A stretch of DNA of 61,104 nucleotides from Candidatus Woesebacteria bacterium (GTDB taxonomy: Bacteria > Patescibacteriota > Microgenomatia > UBA8517): the NCBI GenBank assembly GCA_027347685.1, contig DAIEQM010000044.1:1-61104 (forward strand), written 5' to 3'. Made by a program: the position numbers and the translations under genes. The stretch's first letter is position 1, and each line of letters starts with the position of its first letter. Of this stretch, positions 56,169-61,104 are shown piece by piece. A model generated the notes under the pieces. It was given only the letters and a program-made list of their open reading frames with translations. It was not told where the DNA came from and searched no databases.

Positions 56169-58310
56169 ATGGCTAAACGCAAAAAGCACAAACGCCAAAA
56201 GATTAAAGACAAGAAAGGCGGGTCTTCATTAAATCCTGCAATGTTTCGTTCTCTTCTGCAGATTTTTTTCTGGGCGACCGCAGGACTTATCTTAGTCTCC
56301 TTCTCAAGGCAGGGAAGAATACTTATTCGGGTAAACGACTTTTTAACAAGCTTCATGGGGTGGACCTCCATTTTTTTACCATTTATTTTAATTTCTTTTG
56401 GTTTTGCCGTGAGTAAATTTAAAATTTTACTCGGGCGCGCAAACGTGATTATTGGCTCATTACTATTTTTCTTCTCCATCACCACACTTACCCACTCAGG
56501 ATCATTTGGAGCACAAGCAGGAGACGGAGTTGCAGCTCTTATTACGCCAGCCGGAAGTATTGTGCTTCTTCTGGCGCTCACCGTTGCGGGGATTTTAATA
56601 TTATTTAATATTTCTTTTGAGCAAATCATCGAACTCTTTACAACGACAGAGCCGGAGAAGAAACAATCAAAGAAGGCAGCCAAAGAAGACATTTTGCAAT
56701 CGCAGGAAGAAGTAAAAGAAAAGCGTGGCTTTTTGGGAACGCGGCTTTTTGCAAAACCTGAAACAAAAGAACTCAAAATTTTGGGAGGAGCAGGTACCTA
56801 CTCAGAATCTAAAGGAAAAGAACAAAAGGCACTTGAAAGTCACTCAGGGGGAGATGGCGTTTGGAAGTATCCACCCATGGAGCTGTTATCGGAATCAAGT
56901 GGAGGAAAAGCTGATCGGGGAGATTTAAAGGGTAACGCTGCAATTATTGAAGAAACGCTTGATTCATTTGGAATAACAGCTCGTGTTATTGAAATTAATC
57001 AGGGCCCTGCGGTTACTCAGTATGCAATTGAAGTGGCACTCGGCACAAAGCTATCAAAGATTACCGCCCTCGATCGAGATCTTGCACGCTCTCTCGAGTC
57101 TCCAACCGGAGCCATTCGTATTGAAGCACCAATTGCAGGACGATCACTGGTCGGAATTGAACTGCCTAATAAATCCCCTGAGTTTGTCCCTCTCCGGAAA
57201 ATGCTTCTGTCAGACACTATGCGCATGAGCCAATCTAAACTAACGGTCGCTTTGGGGCTTGATGTTGCGGGCAAAGCAGTGGTTGCTGACATTGGAAAAA
57301 TGCCACATGTACTTATTGCAGGTCAAACCGGTTCCGGAAAAAGTGTGTGCTTAAATACATTTTTAGCGTCTCTTCTGTTTAGAACTTCACCACAAGAAGT
57401 AAAGCTTATTTTGGTTGATCCAAAACGAGTTGAAATGACGGGGTACAATGGAATTCCACATTTGTTAACTCCGGTTATTGTTGAGCCAGACAAAGTCCTT
57501 TCTGCCCTGCGATGGCTTGTAGGAGAAATGGATCGCCGATACAAATTGTTTGCACAGGCCGGAGTGAGAAACATTGACGGGTACAACGAAATGAGTGGAT
57601 TCCAAGCTATGCCGTACATCGTGCTTGTGATCGATGAGTTGGCAGATATTATGCTCTTTGCACCTGTCGAAGTTGAAGATTGTATTACCCGTCTTGCACA
57701 GATGAGTCGTGCAACTGGTATTCATATGGTTTTGGCTACACAGCGCCCTTCAGTAGATGTCTTGACCGGACTTATTAAAGCTAACGTTCCTCATCGCATA
57801 GCGTTCGCCGTTTCATCACAAGTTGACTCTCGTGTTATTTTGGACGCATATGGTGCTGAAAAATTACTAGGAAAAGGAGACATGCTCCATTTGTCACCTG
57901 AACAGGCCCGCCCGAAGCGTATTCAAGGTGCTTTTGTAAACGATAAAGATATTACCAAGCTTGTTGAATTCTTGAAAGCTGAAGGAGTCGACCCCGACTA
58001 CACCGATGAAGTAATTACCACACAAAAAGCTGGTTCTGTCTCGGTGCCGGGAGTTGAGGCGGCCGATGATATGTTCAAGAAAGCTGTCGAAATTGTGTGC
58101 CAGTACGATCGTGCATCTGCGTCTCTTCTTCAAAGAAAGCTTTCAGTTGGGTATGCACGAGCTGCTCGCATTCTGGACCAACTTGAAGAAGCAGGCGTTG
58201 TGGGAGCTGCTGAGGGAAGTAAACCGCGAGAAGTCTTGGTACAAAATGCGCAACAAGTATTTGGAGGCGAAGCAGAAGCAGGAACTTCGAATGAAACGCC
58301 CGAAGCGTAA
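56169..58310 (+). CDS. ftsK: DNA translocase FtsK/SpoIIIE
   Basis: 4 TM, PHVLIAG.TGSGKS, DPK.VE, IDELAD, TQRPS, GAEKLLG.GD, gamma domain LQRKL.VGY.RAAR; start 56160 also possible. Confidence 0.96.
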   Translation: MAKRKKHKRQKIKDKKGGSSLNPAMFRSLLQIFFWATAGLILVSFSRQGRILIRVNDFLTSFMGWTSIFLPFILISFGFAVSKFKILLGRANVIIGSLLFFFSITTLTHSGSFGAQAGDGVAALITPAGSIVLLLALTVAGILILFNISFEQIIELFTTTEPEKKQSKKAAKEDILQSQEEVKEKRGFLGTRLFAKPETKELKILGGAGTYSESKGKEQKALESHSGGDGVWKYPPMELLSESSGGKADRGDLKGNAAIIEETLDSFGITARVIEINQGPAVTQYAIEVALGTKLSKITALDRDLARSLESPTGAIRIEAPIAGRSLVGIELPNKSPEFVPLRKMLLSDTMRMSQSKLTVALGLDVAGKAVVADIGKMPHVLIAGQTGSGKSVCLNTFLASLLFRTSPQEVKLILVDPKRVEMTGYNGIPHLLTPVIVEPDKVLSALRWLVGEMDRRYKLFAQAGVRNIDGYNEMSGFQAMPYIVLVIDELADIMLFAPVEVEDCITRLAQMSRATGIHMVLATQRPSVDVLTGLIKANVPHRIAFAVSSQVDSRVILDAYGAEKLLGKGDMLHLSPEQARPKRIQGAFVNDKDITKLVEFLKAEGVDPDYTDEVITTQKAGSVSVPGVEAADDMFKKAVEIVCQYDRASASLLQRKLSVGYARAARILDQLEEAGVVGAAEGSKPREVLVQNAQQVFGGEAEAGTSNETPEA

Positions 58311-58336
58311 TCACTCTTCGGTTTATTTTTTAAGAT

Positions 58337-58966
58337 ATGAAAACAATTGGGATTTATTTGCGTCAAGCTCGCGAGGGCCAACATATTAGTTATAAAGAGC
58401 TTTCGAGGCACACAAAAATAAAGCCTGAGTTTTTGGAAGCGATTGAAAACTCTGATTGGCAAAAGCTTCCTGAGCTTCCTGTGCTTGTGGGTTTTGTAAA
58501 ATCCATTAGTGACGTGGTGAACATTAATCGCGAGCAAGCAGTGGCACTTCTGAGACGTGATTATCCACCGCAAAAAGTTTCCCTAAACCCACGACCCGAT
58601 GTGAAGCGTGAAATTCGACTGGGACAGCGGGCGCTGTGGGCATTTCTTGGCAGTATTGCCATTATTTGTATGTCTGCCTATTTATACTCTCAGTACAAAG
58701 CCTTTACTTCACCTCCCAGGGTAACTATTATTTCACCGGCTGAAAACGAGTTGGTTTCGGCACACAAAATTACGGTGAGAGGAACGACCGATTCAACGGC
58801 AACCGTAAAAATAAATGGCCAACCCGCGCTTGTTGATGAAAACGGTAACTTCGTGACCGATGTTGATGTAGTATCTGAAACTAAATCAATTGAAGTGAGG
58901 GCACTTTCTCGCACTGGTCGTGAAACCGTTGTATCGCGTACAATACAGGTAGAACTAAAAAATTAA
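58337..58966 (+). CDS. RodZ-like HTH-TM protein with C-terminal Ig-like domain
   Basis: G..L..ARE, TKI....L.AIE, LP......GF; TM; V.ING...G.F. Confidence 0.8.
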   Translation: MKTIGIYLRQAREGQHISYKELSRHTKIKPEFLEAIENSDWQKLPELPVLVGFVKSISDVVNINREQAVALLRRDYPPQKVSLNPRPDVKREIRLGQRALWAFLGSIAIICMSAYLYSQYKAFTSPPRVTIISPAENELVSAHKITVRGTTDSTATVKINGQPALVDENGNFVTDVDVVSETKSIEVRALSRTGRETVVSRTIQVELKN

Positions 58967-58968
58967 AT

Positions 58969-59163
58969 ATGGACGGAATTCAACTACTCCTCATTATTGT
59001 TATTGTTTCTCTTACGAGCCTTTTGCTCGTTGTGGGAATTCAGGTATTTTTTGTGGTAAAGGAGGCGCGGGCTGTTGTAAAGCGTGTCCATGGAATTCTC
59101 GACAATTCAACTGACCGAGTGACTTCATTTCTAGAAAGCCTCAAAGAAAAAAATAAGAATTAG
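58969..59163 (+). CDS. Small single-TM hypothetical protein
   Basis: N-terminal TM followed by amphipathic helix; closely spaced after previous gene. Confidence 0.65.
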   Translation: MDGIQLLLIIVIVSLTSLLLVVGIQVFFVVKEARAVVKRVHGILDNSTDRVTSFLESLKEKNKN

Positions 59164-59231
59164 ACTTGAATAAAGCACACCGCTGTGCTATTATAGGATA
59201 GTTATTCATTCAAATAGTGGGAGTGTGAATT

Positions 59232-59813
59232 GTGAATACCAACTCTAAAACAGCTATTGCTCAAATTATCCAAGAGATTTGTGATCAAGGGGCACGACTT
59301 ATTCATTACATCCAATCTCGGATAACCGCCGTTAAAAACGCCTTAAAGGAATTGATCTCATTTTGCTTAAAGGCGATTTTGCAATTGTTGCTCGTTCTGA
59401 AACTGGCAGTAATTGTAGCCTTATTTGTTGGCCCACTTTCTCTTGTCTGCAATATCGCACTCAAAGCGCTCTTACAGCGTGATGACATTAGAAAACTGTT
59501 ATCCGAAAATACATGGATAACACCGGGGGTACATCTTGTCGTAGTCCTTATTGTGGGAGGGGTTCTTTGGCAAACCTACAGTCTTCAGCCGGAAGATGCG
59601 AGAAAAACGCTCTCCTTGCGATTGTGTTTAGTAGGGCTCGTTTCCATGGTGTTATTTTCAGTCAATGCGCAATTGAGCCCGCTCGGGTGGTTTGCGGCTT
59701 TGGAAGGCTTTGAATACATAAAAGCTGCTACGGCTCTGATAACGGGGATTCTTTTTCTTGAAGTTATCGTACCAGCTTTAATCCGAATTGCCACCAATGT
59801 GGCAACACTCTAA
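59232..59813 (+). CDS. Hypothetical membrane protein
   Basis: TTGAAT-17-TATTAT promoter, 4 TMs, terminator 59830-59855. Confidence 0.6.
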   Translation: MNTNSKTAIAQIIQEICDQGARLIHYIQSRITAVKNALKELISFCLKAILQLLLVLKLAVIVALFVGPLSLVCNIALKALLQRDDIRKLLSENTWITPGVHLVVVLIVGGVLWQTYSLQPEDARKTLSLRLCLVGLVSMVLFSVNAQLSPLGWFAALEGFEYIKAATALITGILFLEVIVPALIRIATNVATL

Positions 59814-59878
59814 TACCATTTTTTATTACGCCCCCTTTAGGAGAAGGGGGCTTTTCGTGCTCGTGTTATACTAGCCTC

Positions 59879-61104
59879 ATGACAATCGAGGAAATTCGAA
59901 ACATGTATTTGAAGTTTTTTGAGAGTAAGGGGCACACGATAATTTCTCCTGCCCCCTTGGTATTGGAAAACGATCCAACTACTCTTTTTACCTCAAGTGG
60001 CATGCAGCCGTTGGTGCCCTATCTTCTTGGTGAAGTACATCCTTCAGGAAGACGCCTCGTTGATTCACAACCTTCCATTCGGGTGCAAGACATCGAAGAA
60101 GTTGGGGACAATCGACATACAACTTTTTTTGAAATGCTCGGGAACTGGAGCCTTGGAGATTATTTTAAAAAAGAACAACTCCCCTGGATTTATGAGTTTT
60201 TGACGGAGGAACTCAAACTTTCCAAAGACAAGTTATATGTATCAATCTTTGAAGGAAATGATGCTGTTTCCCGCGATAGTGAGTCATATGAAATTTGGAA
60301 ATCACTCGGAGTGCCAGAAGATCATATCTATGAATACGGAGTTAAGAAAAACTGGTGGAGCAGAAGTGGAACTCCAGAACAAATGCCTGAAGGAGAAATT
60401 GGAGGGCCTGACTCCGAAATATTTTTTGATTTTGGAACTGAGCTAAAGCTTCACGAAACCTCAGAATGGAAAAACGAAACATGTCACCCGAATTGTGATT
60501 GTGGACGATTCTTAGAAATAGGCAACTCAGTGTTTATTCAGTACAAAAAAGTAAATGGAAAATTAGTAGAACTTCCACAAAAAAATGTGGATTTTGGTGG
60601 AGGGCTTGAGAGAATGGCTGCGGCTGTAAATAATAACCCTGATGTTTTTAAGATTGATGCGTTTTCCACAGTGATTTCTTCAATAGAAGAAAAGTCTGGT
60701 AAAAGCTATGAAAAATTTAATAAAGAAATGCGTGTTGTCGCAGATCACATGCGTGCTTCAATTTTCTTAATAGCTGGAGGAGTATCACCTTCAAACAAGC
60801 TCCAAGGATATATTTTGAGAAGATTGATGCGTCGCGCAATTTTGAAAATAAAAAAATTAGGGATAGATACATCTGATAAACGTATTTTTTATTCGATTAT
60901 TGATGGATATTGTGAAAGTTATCATGAATATATTAAAGGAAAGAAGTCTATTGAGATCACGGCAGTTGTTGAAGCTGAAGTAGATAAATTCACCAAAACT
61001 CTTGAGAAAGGATTAAAAGAAGTAGAGAAAATAAAAGAGATCGATGGCAAAATTGCTTTTGATTTGTATCAAACATTTGGTTTTCCTTTAGAGCTTTCCA
61101 TTGA
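59879..61104 (+). CDS. alaS: Alanine--tRNA ligase (3'-truncated by window edge)
   Basis: Manual translation: MTIEEIRNMYLKFF, DPTTLFTSSGMQP, RHTTFFEMLGNWS, GGPDSEIF, EIGNSVF, DFGGGLER, DH.R, F.LYQTFGFP. Confidence 0.96.
   Translation, partial: MTIEEIRNMYLKFFESKGHTIISPAPLVLENDPTTLFTSSGMQPLVPYLLGEVHPSGRRLVDSQPSIRVQDIEEVGDNRHTTFFEMLGNWSLGDYFKKEQLPWIYEFLTEELKLSKDKLYVSIFEGNDAVSRDSESYEIWKSLGVPEDHIYEYGVKKNWWSRSGTPEQMPEGEIGGPDSEIFFDFGTELKLHETSEWKNETCHPNCDCGRFLEIGNSVFIQYKKVNGKLVELPQKNVDFGGGLERMAAAVNNNPDVFKIDAFSTVISSIEEKSGKSYEKFNKEMRVVADHMRASIFLIAGGVSPSNKLQGYILRRLMRRAILKIKKLGIDTSDKRIFYSIIDGYCESYHEYIKGKKSIEITAVVEAEVDKFTKTLEKGLKEVEKIKEIDGKIAFDLYQTFGFPLELSI

Overview
A 61 kb, densely coding bacterial window. 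Gene content and style point to a Patescibacteria/CPR genome, most like Microgenomates (inference from short IF2 and HrcA, an ATPase-only Lon, a PEGA-SH3 protein, a pilN/pilO-FN3 surface cluster and many GT-C glycosyltransferases). It runs from the 3' end of groEL to the 5' part of alaS. It holds comM-yraN-dprA, galU, tRNA-Cys, envelope and glycosylation genes, rmuC, two UvrD-family helicases (one fused to a PD-(D/E)XK nuclease), two FemAB-type ligases, rpsT, murJ, hrcA-grpE-dnaK/dnaJ with three CIRCE operators, nusA-infB, rpsO-pnp, rnj and ftsK. The most unusual region is a 1.4 kb stretch without credible long ORFs (19897-21316). It is built from four tandem same-strand units, each with a sigma70 promoter, a densely base-paired body and an intrinsic terminator, and I read it as a candidate island of unrecognised structured ncRNAs. 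Also notable: many housekeeping genes look leaderless, while small orphan genes sit between them as self-contained SD-led, terminator-flanked cassettes. Three of these cassettes encode what looks like one divergent ~75-aa protein family. All calls come from manual reading, with no database search or folding computation.
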